A DNA stretch of 64,000 nucleotides. Origin: a virus. A program made the position numbers and the translations under genes. The DNA lies in the IMG/VR virus record IMGVR_UViG_3300050343_000199, positions 128,819 through 192,818 of that record; one strand, given 5' to 3'. Positions 23,346-33,087 of this stretch are shown piece by piece. Position 1 is the stretch's first letter. Each line of letters opens with the position of its first letter. The notes below the pieces were generated by a model. That model saw only the letters and a program-made list of their open reading frames with translations. It did no database searches and had not been told where the DNA came from.

Positions 23346-25638
23346 AATCGTCCTCCTCTGTTGTAAAGATATCTTCTAGTAAATCCTGAATCCCTTGTTT
23401 CTTGTCCTCTAATTCTGGCATATCGTTTTTGTTATCATATGTGTTTTGATAATAAGAAGTTTTCCATCCGTACTTGTAAGTTTTTAAAAGGTCACCCGCC
23501 ATAACAGAAACTGGAACCTCATTGTTCTCATAGTTCTCTGGATTATAACTCCAGTTGCCAGAGATTGCCTGGTCAAAGAACTTTTGCATAGCAGAAACAA
23601 TTTTAATATAACCATCGTTATCTTTCATGTCCCATAAAAGAGTGTAGTTAGTTTTATGAGTACTGAACTGAGGAACGATTTGTTTGAGTGGTCCTTTCTT
23701 GGACTTTTTAGTGGACAAGTAAGCTCTTGGTGGTTCAATTCCATTGGTGGCATTTGACACAACGGAACTGCTTTCCGATGGCATCTGTGCGGACAGAGTG
23801 CTGTGTCTGAGTCCGAACTCTTTGATGTCATCCCTAAGACTATCCCAATCATGACTTAACTCCGTCCCACAAAATTCGTCAATGTCCTTCTTGTATGTGT
23901 CAATGGGAAGGATACCGTCTGCATACTTAGTGCGATTGAAATACTCACATGCCCCCTTTTCTTTTGCGATGGTGTTACTTGCTTTAAGAAGATAGTATTG
24001 AAAAGATTCAGACAAGTCATGGACTAATCTCCATGCTGCTGGATCGTCATACTTGAAACCATTTTTTGCTAGAAAATGTGCAAGTCCAATGTAACCAATA
24101 CCAAGAGAACGACGTGCAAGAGTAGAACGTTCTGCTGCTTTGACTGGATAGTTTTGATAGTCAATCAATTCCTCCAAACCTCTCACTGAAAGATCACAAA
24201 GTTCTTCCAGCTCTTCATTGGATTTAATTTTACCTACGTTGATAGCAGACAAGATGCACAGAGCAATCTCACCATCACCATCAATATGCTCCAGAGGAGT
24301 AGTTGGTAAAGTAATCTCCTGACAAAGGTTACTCATGTAAACTTTATCTTTAAAGGAAGAGTGTGAGTTACAGTGGTCAATATTCATGATGTAAATACGA
24401 CCGGTCTCTGCTCTCTCTTTCAGAAGATCCAGAATTAATTCCTGTGCCCCGATAGTTTTTCTTGGAACAGACTGATCTGATTCATAGTCCACATAGCGAG
24501 CGTCAAATGCGTCAGTACCAAAAGCATCATAGAGACCTGGTACGTCATGCGGTGAGAAGAGGCTAATCTCTCCATTCGCAATGAAACGTTCGTAGAAAAG
24601 TTTTGAAATTTGGATTGAGTAGTCAAGTTTCCTCACTCGGTTGTCTTCTGTACCCTTATTGTTCTTAAGAACTAGGATGTCTTCTATTTCTTGGTGCCAG
24701 ATTGGGAAGTGGACGGTTGCTGATCCGCCACGAATCCCATTTTGTGTGCAACATCGTACAGTTGATTCAAATTTTTTAAGGAAAGGAACAACACCCGTGT
24801 GCTGTACTTCTCCGCCTCGGATCTTAGCGTTGATTCCACGGATGCGACCTGCGTTGATACCAATTCCCGCCCTCTGTGCAACATACCTGCCGATAGCCAT
24901 ATCAGAGCTAAAGATGCTATTGAGGGAGTCATCGCTGTCAACAAGCACACAGCTAGCAAATTGTCTAAGTGTTGTCCTGACACCCGCCATGATGGGGGTG
25001 GGGATGTTGATTTTGTGCTTGCTGATTGCGTCGTAGTATCTTTTGACATATGAAAGACGGTCTTCTTTATATTCTTGAAACAGAGTCAGAGCAATCATCA
25101 TATACATGTACTGGGGAGTTTCAAAAACATTCCCTGTACTTCTATCTTGGACAAGATACTTATCAGCAACCTGTCGTAGACCTGCATAGGTAAACAACAT
25201 GTCACGATCATGATCAATCCAACTATTAATCCGTGACCACTCTTCCATAGTGTATTTACTCATGATGTGATTGTCATACACACCTTGGTCCACACATCCT
25301 AGTGCATGATCATAAATTGATGGGTATCCATTGACCCAATCAGGTCCAAACACTTGCTTACGCAAACTATACAATAGTAAACGTGCTGCTACAAATTGAT
25401 AGTTGGGAGAATCTAAAGAAATTAAATCGCTAGCAGAACGTACCAGAATTTGCTGGATTTCTTCTGTAGTAATTCCATCATAGAATTGGATACCGGAACT
25501 CATCTCAACCTGAGAGGCACTCACAGCACTCCCCAGACCCTCACATGCCTCCTCAACCACCTTATGAATCTTATCTAAATTCAAGGGTTCTACAGACCCA
25601 TTACGCTTACGAACTTTTGTTCCGTGACCGTTGCTCAT
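23326..25638 (-). CDS. nrdA: Ribonucleotide reductase class Ia alpha subunit
   Basis: ATP cone, TPIMAGVRT, QFASCVL, SNLCQEI, YKYGWKTSYY. Confidence 0.98.
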   Translation of the reverse strand: MSNGHGTKVRKRNGSVEPLNLDKIHKVVEEACEGLGSAVSASQVEMSSGIQFYDGITTEEIQQILVRSASDLISLDSPNYQFVAARLLLYSLRKQVFGPDWVNGYPSIYDHALGCVDQGVYDNHIMSKYTMEEWSRINSWIDHDRDMLFTYAGLRQVADKYLVQDRSTGNVFETPQYMYMMIALTLFQEYKEDRLSYVKRYYDAISKHKINIPTPIMAGVRTTLRQFASCVLVDSDDSLNSIFSSDMAIGRYVAQRAGIGINAGRIRGINAKIRGGEVQHTGVVPFLKKFESTVRCCTQNGIRGGSATVHFPIWHQEIEDILVLKNNKGTEDNRVRKLDYSIQISKLFYERFIANGEISLFSPHDVPGLYDAFGTDAFDARYVDYESDQSVPRKTIGAQELILDLLKERAETGRIYIMNIDHCNSHSSFKDKVYMSNLCQEITLPTTPLEHIDGDGEIALCILSAINVGKIKSNEELEELCDLSVRGLEELIDYQNYPVKAAERSTLARRSLGIGYIGLAHFLAKNGFKYDDPAAWRLVHDLSESFQYYLLKASNTIAKEKGACEYFNRTKYADGILPIDTYKKDIDEFCGTELSHDWDSLRDDIKEFGLRHSTLSAQMPSESSSVVSNATNGIEPPRAYLSTKKSKKGPLKQIVPQFSTHKTNYTLLWDMKDNDGYIKIVSAMQKFFDQAISGNWSYNPENYENNEVPVSVMAGDLLKTYKYGWKTSYYQNTYDNKNDMPELEDKKQGIQDLLEDIFTTEEDDCDSCKI

Positions 25639-26624
25639 ACTTTTTTCCAAGTGTTAAATTTAAGTGTTGCTTCTAATCCCTGATATACATTTTCATGTAT
25701 TAAATTTTGGACATCATGTCCTGCAAGATGCATATCGTTGATGTCCTTCTCCTGTATTTTATTAGGCCAGACAACTACCTTATCTCCTCGGTCAATGACT
25801 TTGGAGATTCGGTTGACGATCTCTCTATTGCGTGGTTCGTTATCAAAAATCCAAATATAATTGCTCCAACCAAACGTGCGAATATCAGCATCGGACCCAG
25901 CCATAGCAACTGAGTTTTTAATGAACGTCGCATCAAATGGTCCTTCTACAATATAGATCGGTTGTTCTTTGTTAATTCTATCCAGTCCAAAGATTTTAGG
26001 GTGTTCATCATCCAGCATGATCGTGATGTATCTTAGTTTTGCCTTAGGGGCTAGCGATCTGCCTTGGTATCCGAATAAGTTTCCTTGTGTATCTTTAAAT
26101 GGGATTATAATGCGTGGACTATCTTGCCTGAGGGTATCAAATGTCTTCTTTTGTTTATTTGTCCACTCTTTAAATTTTGGACAGTAATAAAAGTATTCAA
26201 GATCTTTGATGCCTCTTTGTTCTAGATAGACTCTCGCCGGGTGAGAAATATTTAGGTCAGAAATCTTCTCAAGATCTGTATTTCTTTTGACAAATTTTGG
26301 TTCAGTAAAATTAAATTTTGGATTGGGTGTAGTAGTTCCCTTGCCAGTCCTACCTTCTTTAAATTTCTCCATGACATATTGATCATGGAGAAAATTATCT
26401 TGATCCTTAAGAAAATTTGAAAGTGTTCTACCAACACCACAATTGTGGCATTTGAACACAAAATTATTCTTAATCTTAAACAAATATCCCCTCGCTTTGT
26501 TGCGTCTCTTTTGCGAGTCGCCACAGTAAGGACACCTGAAATTGTACAGGTCTGCCTTCTTGCGACTGAAAAGTGTCAAGCGAGGGGATATTAAATTTAT
26601 GTACTTGACATCAAGAAAACTCAC
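25635..26624 (-). CDS. gp61: DNA primase
   Basis: FRCPYCGDS...FKCHNCG Zn finger, YQGRSL, VEGPFDA TOPRIM. Confidence 0.95.
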   Translation of the reverse strand: MSFLDVKYINLISPRLTLFSRKKADLYNFRCPYCGDSQKRRNKARGYLFKIKNNFVFKCHNCGVGRTLSNFLKDQDNFLHDQYVMEKFKEGRTGKGTTTPNPKFNFTEPKFVKRNTDLEKISDLNISHPARVYLEQRGIKDLEYFYYCPKFKEWTNKQKKTFDTLRQDSPRIIIPFKDTQGNLFGYQGRSLAPKAKLRYITIMLDDEHPKIFGLDRINKEQPIYIVEGPFDATFIKNSVAMAGSDADIRTFGWSNYIWIFDNEPRNREIVNRISKVIDRGDKVVVWPNKIQEKDINDMHLAGHDVQNLIHENVYQGLEATLKFNTWKKV

Positions 26625-27060
26625 TAGGAGACATCACCACTGATCCTATAATACCAGATCCGATAGTGTGCGTCAACCTTGATTGTGACGATTCTGAAAG
26701 TGGTTTCAGTATTCTCTGACCTACTGGAGAAACCAAGAAACTAATAATAGCAAGTCCACCAAAGATAGACCACATCTTCTTTTCCATAAGGCGAAGACGT
26801 TCATCAATTAATCTAATGTCTCTCTCACATCCCTTTTTAATGTCTATGGTAGAGCGATTAACTTCTCTATGTAAACTCTCTACCTTTTCAAAAAGTACAG
26901 CGTCAATTCTATCTTGCTTATCCAGTTTTTCATTATGAACAGCAAGAAGTTTCCCCATTTGTATGGAGTTTTCCTGCAAAGACTCTACAACCTTTTCCAA
27001 TCTTTCTAAGATAGCAGTATTGATATCGCGGGAATCTCCCATACTAGTATCCTCAGACAT
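26611..27060 (-). CDS. Coiled-coil protein with C-terminal TM helix
   Basis: ORF track; KMWSIFGGLAIISFLVSP. Confidence 0.75.
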   Translation of the reverse strand: MSEDTSMGDSRDINTAILERLEKVVESLQENSIQMGKLLAVHNEKLDKQDRIDAVLFEKVESLHREVNRSTIDIKKGCERDIRLIDERLRLMEKKMWSIFGGLAIISFLVSPVGQRILKPLSESSQSRLTHTIGSGIIGSVVMSPSEFS

Positions 27061-27754
27061 TACGGATAGCAAAGTCAAGAGCAGACTGATATGTAGTGGC
27101 GTCTTTATTCACCATGTATTGAAACTGTTGCTTGTGAGCATCATCCAACTGCGCGTAGCAAGCAGCAATACGTTTTGCTGAGAAATTATCAAGGTTCTGT
27201 GTAGATCCATCACCAAATTGTACCTTAGCAAAAGATGCTTCTCCTTGAGGATTAAGTTCTGATGTTGCAACATCTAATGCAACTTGAATTACGTCTTGAT
27301 TTTCCATAATGTTATCACCTTTTAATTCTACAGAGTTATTCATTCTAGAAAGTTTCTTCGTTTGTGAAGATGCTTTCTTTTTAAAGTCTTGAAGACGTGC
27401 TTTCATAAGAGTGTCCATCTCTTTCGTCTTAGACTGCATTTTTTTCTTAGCGTCATCACGCTTTTTCTGGACATCTTTTTGACGACCCAATTTTTTCATT
27501 TGGCCGATCTGTTTCTGTGCCCTCTCAGTTTCGGTAGGAGCAGCTTCAGAAATAGTGTTGATTTCTAATTCTTCTTTCATTTTTCTACGATTAATACGGG
27601 ACATTAAAGCACGGGCACCATTTGTACGCCCATCAACTTTATCTTGATTTGCTTTTTTATACTTACGATGCTGTTTAGGATTAACAAACACAAAAGCAGG
27701 TGGTAAAGATAAATTACCCCCGTCTCCTGCTACCATTTCTGAGATGTTTTTCAT
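27053..27754 (-). CDS. Conserved hypothetical protein, charged coiled-coil
   Basis: ORF track 27053..27778; probable start MKNISE. Confidence 0.75.
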   Translation of the reverse strand: MKNISEMVAGDGGNLSLPPAFVFVNPKQHRKYKKANQDKVDGRTNGARALMSRINRRKMKEELEINTISEAAPTETERAQKQIGQMKKLGRQKDVQKKRDDAKKKMQSKTKEMDTLMKARLQDFKKKASSQTKKLSRMNNSVELKGDNIMENQDVIQVALDVATSELNPQGEASFAKVQFGDGSTQNLDNFSAKRIAACYAQLDDAHKQQFQYMVNKDATTYQSALDFAIRNV

Positions 27755-28107
27755 ATCAGATTCAGTTCCTTTAAACAATATGTATCTATGTCATTATTTA
27801 GTGATGGAGGAAGTCTATCTAAAAATAAAAGGAACGATTTTAATACACTCCAATATTCTTTTTCAATTTTAAAAAGCAACAACGGAGTTGCTGCTTCCCC
27901 AAAGATATTATACAAACAAATGATATGGTTTAATATCAAATGTTTTTTAAACTCCTTCGTAGTTTGGTATCTACGAAGGAGTCTTTTAATATATTTGAAT
28001 TTTTTAATATCCTCCTCAAAATCAGCATATGTAACTGACTGAGGATTGTCATAATTTTTAATTGCAAAAAGTACCCAATTATCTTGGGTCAACTCATCAA
28101 ATTTCAT
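27751..28107 (-). CDS. Conserved T4-like hypothetical protein
   Basis: MKFDELTQDNWVLFAIKNYDNP ... HLILNHII. Confidence 0.8.
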   Translation of the reverse strand: MKFDELTQDNWVLFAIKNYDNPQSVTYADFEEDIKKFKYIKRLLRRYQTTKEFKKHLILNHIICLYNIFGEAATPLLLFKIEKEYWSVLKSFLLFLDRLPPSLNNDIDTYCLKELNLI

Positions 28108-28114
28108 TTAATAA

Positions 28115-28744
28115 TCAATTGAATGTGAGTGTGACAGCATCGGAAGTAACGTCTCCAGACTGTCCTGCTGTAGAAAGAACAACACGATACTGATAGTTAC
28201 CCATTCCACCTGATGTACTAGTGGAAAGTAATTCTTGACCAGTGAATCCACTACCTTGATACTGATATGTTCCACCGGATCCGTTTGATGCTCCAGAGGA
28301 GATGGGAGTGAAAGTACTTCCACCATTGTCAGATACCTGCCATTGAGCAGTGATAGATCCGCCAGTAGCACCTTCAATAGAAGCTGATACTGTGAATGTT
28401 GCGGGAGCTCCTGCTGCAACTACACCAGTAAGAGCAGGTTGAGAAGAAATAACAACCGTGCGATCTGCTGCTACAGCATCATCTGATTGTGACTCAGAAG
28501 AATTCGCTTCTGCATCAGCAAGTGTTACCAACATCTCTGCTTTGTGACGTGTAGCGCCAGAGCTATCAGTAAATGTATAGTATGACCACCAACCAGGAGC
28601 GTTCAATCCTCGTGCTTTATTTTCTGCAAGTGCTGCTTCCGTTTCGTCAACGAAAATTGTTTGCTTTGCTTGACTTGATGCAGCGATGCCTCTACCAGCC
28701 TTGGTGACATTTGCATTGCTGTCAGTTTTTCCGTATAGAGACAT
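28115..28744 (-). CDS. Probable virion protein with C-terminal Ig-like domain
   Basis: ISSQP...ATFTVSA...QWQVSDNGG...YQYRVVLS...VTSDAVTLT. Confidence 0.75.
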   Translation of the reverse strand: MSLYGKTDSNANVTKAGRGIAASSQAKQTIFVDETEAALAENKARGLNAPGWWSYYTFTDSSGATRHKAEMLVTLADAEANSSESQSDDAVAADRTVVISSQPALTGVVAAGAPATFTVSASIEGATGGSITAQWQVSDNGGSTFTPISSGASNGSGGTYQYQGSGFTGQELLSTSTSGGMGNYQYRVVLSTAGQSGDVTSDAVTLTFN

Positions 28745-28776
28745 GGTTTCTCCGTAAAATGACTTAATCTAAATTA

Positions 28777-28784
28777 TATTTATA
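28777..28784 (-). promoter_or_regulatory. T4-type late promoter
   Basis: Exact TATAAATA just downstream of a GGGGGGA/TCCCCCC hairpin. Confidence 0.7.
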
Positions 28785-28815
28785 AAGATGGGGGGACTTG
28801 AATCCCCCCACTATA

Positions 28816-29019
28816 TCACGCTTCTTCGCGTGTCTTGATTGCTTTGGTGACAACTTCAAGAAGTTGATCATCCATATCGGTCTTTGTCAACTTAACTGCT
28901 TTAGCAAGAATAACAAGACAGATCTCAACCATCTTCTCACCGAGTTCTTCATTCTCAGGAATTTTATTAATGGCATCGGTGATAATTTTTGACGCCAAGG
29001 GAAGTAAAAATGTAAGCAT
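28816..29019 (-). CDS. Small conserved hypothetical protein
   Basis: ORF track; KAVKLTKTDMDDQLL. Confidence 0.75.
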   Translation of the reverse strand: MLTFLLPLASKIITDAINKIPENEELGEKMVEICLVILAKAVKLTKTDMDDQLLEVVTKAIKTREEA

Positions 29020-29046
29020 AATCTTATTGCGTGTTGCAAATACTAT

Positions 29047-29175
29047 TTATTTAACACTCATCTTCTGACCGTTATCATCCTTAATCTGTGGCATTACTTC
29101 CACAGTTTTTTTCTTGGACTTACGTTCTTTCTCCTTACTCTCACACTCCTCACGAAGTAGTTTAAAATTTTTCAT
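29047..29175 (-). CDS. Small charged protein, 42 aa (not in ORF track)
   Basis: Hand translation MKNFKLLREECESKEKERKSKKKTVEVMPQIKDDNGQKMSVK*. Confidence 0.65.
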   Translation of the reverse strand: MKNFKLLREECESKEKERKSKKKTVEVMPQIKDDNGQKMSVK

Positions 29176-29738
29176 TTTTTCTTACTCATTCCAATGATCT
29201 TACTAACTTTCTTACGACGTGCTAGAAGATACTTATCTGACTTATCTTTGTCTCCATCGTTATCAACGTCACCGTCTTCCTTGCCTACGGGATCAAGTTT
29301 TTTTTCTTTGATCTCTTCACCAGTGGGTTCAAACCCTGCCTTGACACAGTTGTTAACTTCCTTACCACCTTTCTTCTTGGTGCCTTGCTTCTTATATCCT
29401 TTCCAGCAAGAGGTGTTGCCGTTGTCATCAACGCCATCCATCTTTACTTTCTCAATGATGATTACTTCACCATCAACTTCAATCTCTTCACGCTCAAGAA
29501 CGATTTCTTCTGCAACCGACTTCTCTTTCTTATCAATCTTCTTTTTCTTCTTGGTAATTTCCTCTACTTCAGCACCATGTGACTGAGGATCCATACCCTC
29601 AAATGCTTCAGGAGTATATTCAGGAATATGACTACCCTGGAAACAATCACCGTCCATCCAATTCGTATACATCTCCATCAAAGATGCAGAATATGCATCA
29701 TTATGTGCAACTTTGTTAACAGGTCTCTGCTTATCCAT
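29172..29738 (-). CDS. Highly charged protein, probable internal head/scaffold-like
   Basis: CWKGYKKQGTKKKGGKEVNNCV and KLDPVGKEDGDVDNDGD modules; TATAAATA at 29767-29774. Confidence 0.75.
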   Translation of the reverse strand: MDKQRPVNKVAHNDAYSASLMEMYTNWMDGDCFQGSHIPEYTPEAFEGMDPQSHGAEVEEITKKKKKIDKKEKSVAEEIVLEREEIEVDGEVIIIEKVKMDGVDDNGNTSCWKGYKKQGTKKKGGKEVNNCVKAGFEPTGEEIKEKKLDPVGKEDGDVDNDGDKDKSDKYLLARRKKVSKIIGMSKKK

Positions 29739-29758
29739 GTTTAAAATTGAAGATCTTC

Positions 29759-29971
29759 TTATGGTTTATTTATAGTGCGAATATCCTTCACCCACTCCCG
29801 AAACATTCTCCCATCTTCAGTCACCACAATGGCATAGTTGACACCAGTGCGATGAACTGTTCCTTTATCTCCAGTTCTAGCAGACATAACAATATCACCC
29901 TCAGAAATCACATCATTCTGACGATGTGCTTGACGGAGTGCTTGTTCTCTAAGTTTCTTAAAGTTTTTCAT
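29759..29971 (-). CDS. Small hypothetical protein (SH3-like beta fold plausible)
   Basis: ORF track; start coupled to the upstream stop. Confidence 0.7.
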   Translation of the reverse strand: MKNFKKLREQALRQAHRQNDVISEGDIVMSARTGDKGTVHRTGVNYAIVVTEDGRMFREWVKDIRTINKP

Positions 29972-30531
29972 TTAAAATTAGCGGGCAAATTTGCCTGTAT
30001 CTCTTGCATAAGAGCACGGCAATCATTATCATTCAGTGCTCTGGGTATACCAGAACGAAAAGTTTTAAAGTCACCAGCAAATGCTGCGCGTCTCATTTTT
30101 GTTCCTGAAATAGCGAAGGTATCGCCATCAGCATCTCTACTTCCAGAAGATTGAATATCAATTTTTCTGAATGAGAAATCCTTTCCGTTATATTTATGGA
30201 GGAACTGCATGGCGCTCACTCTATCAGAACCCACAAGGAATACTACCTCATTATACCCTGCCAGCATAAGATCTTGCAAGATAGCGACAGGTTGTTTAGG
30301 TCCAGAATGAATCTTCCCCCTATGCTCTGGGAACATCTTCTCCATGTAATATAATTTTCTATCAGGTGGTAATGGATTGCTACCTTTCTTGTCTACAGTT
30401 TGTGAAATATAAATGCGATAGTCATGAGAACCTGCTGCTCTTTTTACACCAGCAAAGTTTTCTTTATGACCTGTAGTAGGTGGTTGAAACCTACCAAAAG
30501 TAAAGTAGCAAGTATTACAATTTAACGCCAT
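29968..30531 (-). CDS. Cytidylyltransferase-like (HxGH) nucleotidyltransferase
   Basis: FTFGRFQPPTTGH, VGSDR, ISGTKMR. Confidence 0.9.
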   Translation of the reverse strand: MALNCNTCYFTFGRFQPPTTGHKENFAGVKRAAGSHDYRIYISQTVDKKGSNPLPPDRKLYYMEKMFPEHRGKIHSGPKQPVAILQDLMLAGYNEVVFLVGSDRVSAMQFLHKYNGKDFSFRKIDIQSSGSRDADGDTFAISGTKMRRAAFAGDFKTFRSGIPRALNDNDCRALMQEIQANLPANFK

Positions 30532-31715
30532 TGCTTCTGTAGGGTGAAGTTATTGTATGCAAACTCCATACGATTGACAAACTTAATCATATCACCATCC
30601 TTATGAAGAACATATCCTTCTGGAGTTGTGACCTTATATCCTTTCTCTGTCTGGACATAGGTCCGGAACTCTTCAAGGTGGTCAAGCTTATCTATAACCA
30701 TTTGCTTGACTGTCTGTAATTCTTTATACAAAGAGAGCATTGATTTAAACTTGTACACATTATCTACAACATAGTTCTGACTGTTATATACAAGATTTCT
30801 TTTTGCTGTTAGGTTTGCAACTGTCTTAATTTTTGCAAGTTCTTTTTCCATCTTATCGCCATAGAAATTAAGCATGTCATACATTGCTTCATCTACATTT
30901 CCAATACCACGAGCATTCTTAATTTCATTATTAAAGAACTGTTTTAGATAAGATGCAATATGAAACTTCTTATCTCCAGTAGTACCAGTAAGAACTACCA
31001 GTTCATCTAGAAAATCTCCACAGATCTGACACATGCGTTCAATCTTAGTAATATAACTATCAAATTTTTTCATTTCAGTTGGACTAAATCCAACTTTATT
31101 CATGGGAGTATCATTTTTTATGACTAATGCATCAGTAGATCCATTAACATCAGCTCCAGCAAGTGCTTGCATAGATTGAAAGTCATCACCTCTGTAATGT
31201 GTATGAAATACTACTCCAATTTTTGACCTACCTGCTGCTTGTCCGATAGGATGATCTACTGGAATGCCATATGTAATAGTATTAGGTCTAAATGTATACA
31301 GTTTTTCACCATTAATAGTTTCAGTTTTTACTGTTGAGTCAGTAAACATTAAATCTCCCTGCACTATCCCCTTTATACCTAAGGCAGCAAAATATTTCAA
31401 AGAGAATTTTAATTTCTCTGCTAAATCTCCTTCATAATACATGTCAACATCAACATCCGTATAGCAAATCTTTGGTGTTTTGGCGAATACTGATTTAGTT
31501 CCAACAAAAAACATCCCACTATTAGGATCAGTACCACAAATAATAGACGGAGCACCATCCCATTTGGTTTGCATAAAACCACCACTCTCTTCTTGCCCTA
31601 ACATCTTGCGAAGTTCTTTAAGGAAAGACACAGCAGCTTTACAACCCTCAACTCCATAGTTAAGCATCTCATCTTCCAGATGTTCTAGATGTTTTAGTTG
31701 TTTAATGTTTGCCAT
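30522..31715 (-). CDS. Conserved cyanomyophage protein with ligase-like KxDG motif (DUF6267-like)
   Basis: QTKWDGAP, VQGDLMF, TPEGYVL, IKFVNR. Confidence 0.8.
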   Translation of the reverse strand: MANIKQLKHLEHLEDEMLNYGVEGCKAAVSFLKELRKMLGQEESGGFMQTKWDGAPSIICGTDPNSGMFFVGTKSVFAKTPKICYTDVDVDMYYEGDLAEKLKFSLKYFAALGIKGIVQGDLMFTDSTVKTETINGEKLYTFRPNTITYGIPVDHPIGQAAGRSKIGVVFHTHYRGDDFQSMQALAGADVNGSTDALVIKNDTPMNKVGFSPTEMKKFDSYITKIERMCQICGDFLDELVVLTGTTGDKKFHIASYLKQFFNNEIKNARGIGNVDEAMYDMLNFYGDKMEKELAKIKTVANLTAKRNLVYNSQNYVVDNVYKFKSMLSLYKELQTVKQMVIDKLDHLEEFRTYVQTEKGYKVTTPEGYVLHKDGDMIKFVNRMEFAYNNFTLQKQWR

Positions 31716-32866
31716 TAGTCGTTAAATACCGTCTCAATACTTTCACCCTTCATCTTATATCCTGACTGTAACTTATCTGGATATACACGATCTGGATCTG
31801 CAGCAGATCCTTTATCGGAAGTGTTTCTAATATTAAATGACATATCTAAGAGAGGTGTTTTTAAATTAATGTTTACTCTCTTTGCACCACCAGTTTCACC
31901 ACCATATGATACGGATACATTACTAGCAGTAGATGCTTTATTTAAAAATGCCTCATCAATTTCTAGATGTTTTATCTTACCTTTGTTTAGATGGACATAA
32001 TGAAATCCATACCCTAACGATCCCTTAATAAGTTCTTTTAGTAATCCCCTATCATATGTTGGAGAAGAATCAAGCACCTTAAAAGATCTATTGCCTGATT
32101 GATACTCATTAAAAGTTTGACATAATAATTGCTCATTCAATCCAAACGTTTTCATCAAAGCTTTTCCAGCAACAGTTTCAATTTTAGATGCCTTTACTTG
32201 ATCAACTGGAAATACCTCTTTCTTTAATCCAAGATTAGATAAGTTAGTAGTGCCACTCATCTTCAGTGAAAGATAATACTTATGTAAAGGTTTTCCTTTA
32301 CACTTAGATTCTAATGTTAAGTCAGTAACTGTTGCACCAATATTATATCCCGTTGATGGTGAAGCATTTCCAATTTGCCAATGTCCATTGACAATTTTCA
32401 TAGGTCTAGGTTTATTTTCTGCACCTTCTGCTATTACTCTCACCGCAATACAATCTTCAAGATGATAATGTTTTACTAGACCGTAAATAAAATCTTTGTA
32501 TTTGTTATTTGCTAAGTCATCTGGATTTTCAATCCAGTCATTGATACCTGATTCTAATTGCCCTTCAAATAAATTTCCCCTATTACCTGTACCACGATTA
32601 CCTCTACTACCATCACCAAAATCAAAACTAAGAGAAGTTAATTTTAGTTTTCTTTTTAGTTCTGCTTTAGTAAATTCTGTTTGCAATGCTCTAGCAATTT
32701 TTACTGCTTTTTTATTAGTCGGATTAAAAGCAATAGGGTTTTCCATGCCATATGTATTGACAAGATAATTCCATAACCTCAATGCTTCTGCAGCTGCAGC
32801 ATTATCCATATGCTTTACAGCAGAACCTGCATCTGAGAAAGTAGATGGTATAAGATTGTATGCCAT
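31715..32866 (-). CDS. Putative PD-(D/E)xK-type endonuclease
   Basis: AT-rich ORF; VTDLTL...YLSLKMSG candidate catalytic motif; GNRGNLFE. Confidence 0.55.
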   Translation of the reverse strand: MAYNLIPSTFSDAGSAVKHMDNAAAAEALRLWNYLVNTYGMENPIAFNPTNKKAVKIARALQTEFTKAELKRKLKLTSLSFDFGDGSRGNRGTGNRGNLFEGQLESGINDWIENPDDLANNKYKDFIYGLVKHYHLEDCIAVRVIAEGAENKPRPMKIVNGHWQIGNASPSTGYNIGATVTDLTLESKCKGKPLHKYYLSLKMSGTTNLSNLGLKKEVFPVDQVKASKIETVAGKALMKTFGLNEQLLCQTFNEYQSGNRSFKVLDSSPTYDRGLLKELIKGSLGYGFHYVHLNKGKIKHLEIDEAFLNKASTASNVSVSYGGETGGAKRVNINLKTPLLDMSFNIRNTSDKGSAADPDRVYPDKLQSGYKMKGESIETVFND

Positions 32867-32872
32867 AAAAAA

Positions 32873-32900
32873 CCTCCCGTCTAACTATTTAGATGGGAGG
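32873..32900 (-). promoter_or_regulatory. Hairpin sequestering the SD, with a late promoter inside it
   Basis: CCTCCC-ATCTAA-ATAG-TTAGAC-GGGAGG-TTTTTT-ATG; CTAAATA at 32892-32886. Confidence 0.65.
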
Positions 32901-33085
32901 TTCTTAAGATAATCTTGTTCACTTTGATAAGGGTGCGTTTGTCCTGACCATATTTTATATCCTTCTTGAAGTTCTGGCAAGAGCCACTGGTCCACCCGAA
33001 CACATTGATCCCAGTTGGCAGGATGAGAACAACTCACAACTACCACAGTGAAGAATGCTCTCAGGTGAATCCAGAAGGTAAGCAT
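32885..33085 (-). CDS. Small hypothetical protein
   Basis: ORF track; SCSHPANWDQCVRVDQWL. Confidence 0.65.
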   Translation of the reverse strand: MLTFWIHLRAFFTVVVVSCSHPANWDQCVRVDQWLLPELQEGYKIWSGQTHPYQSEQDYLKNLPSK

Positions 33086-33087
33086 TA

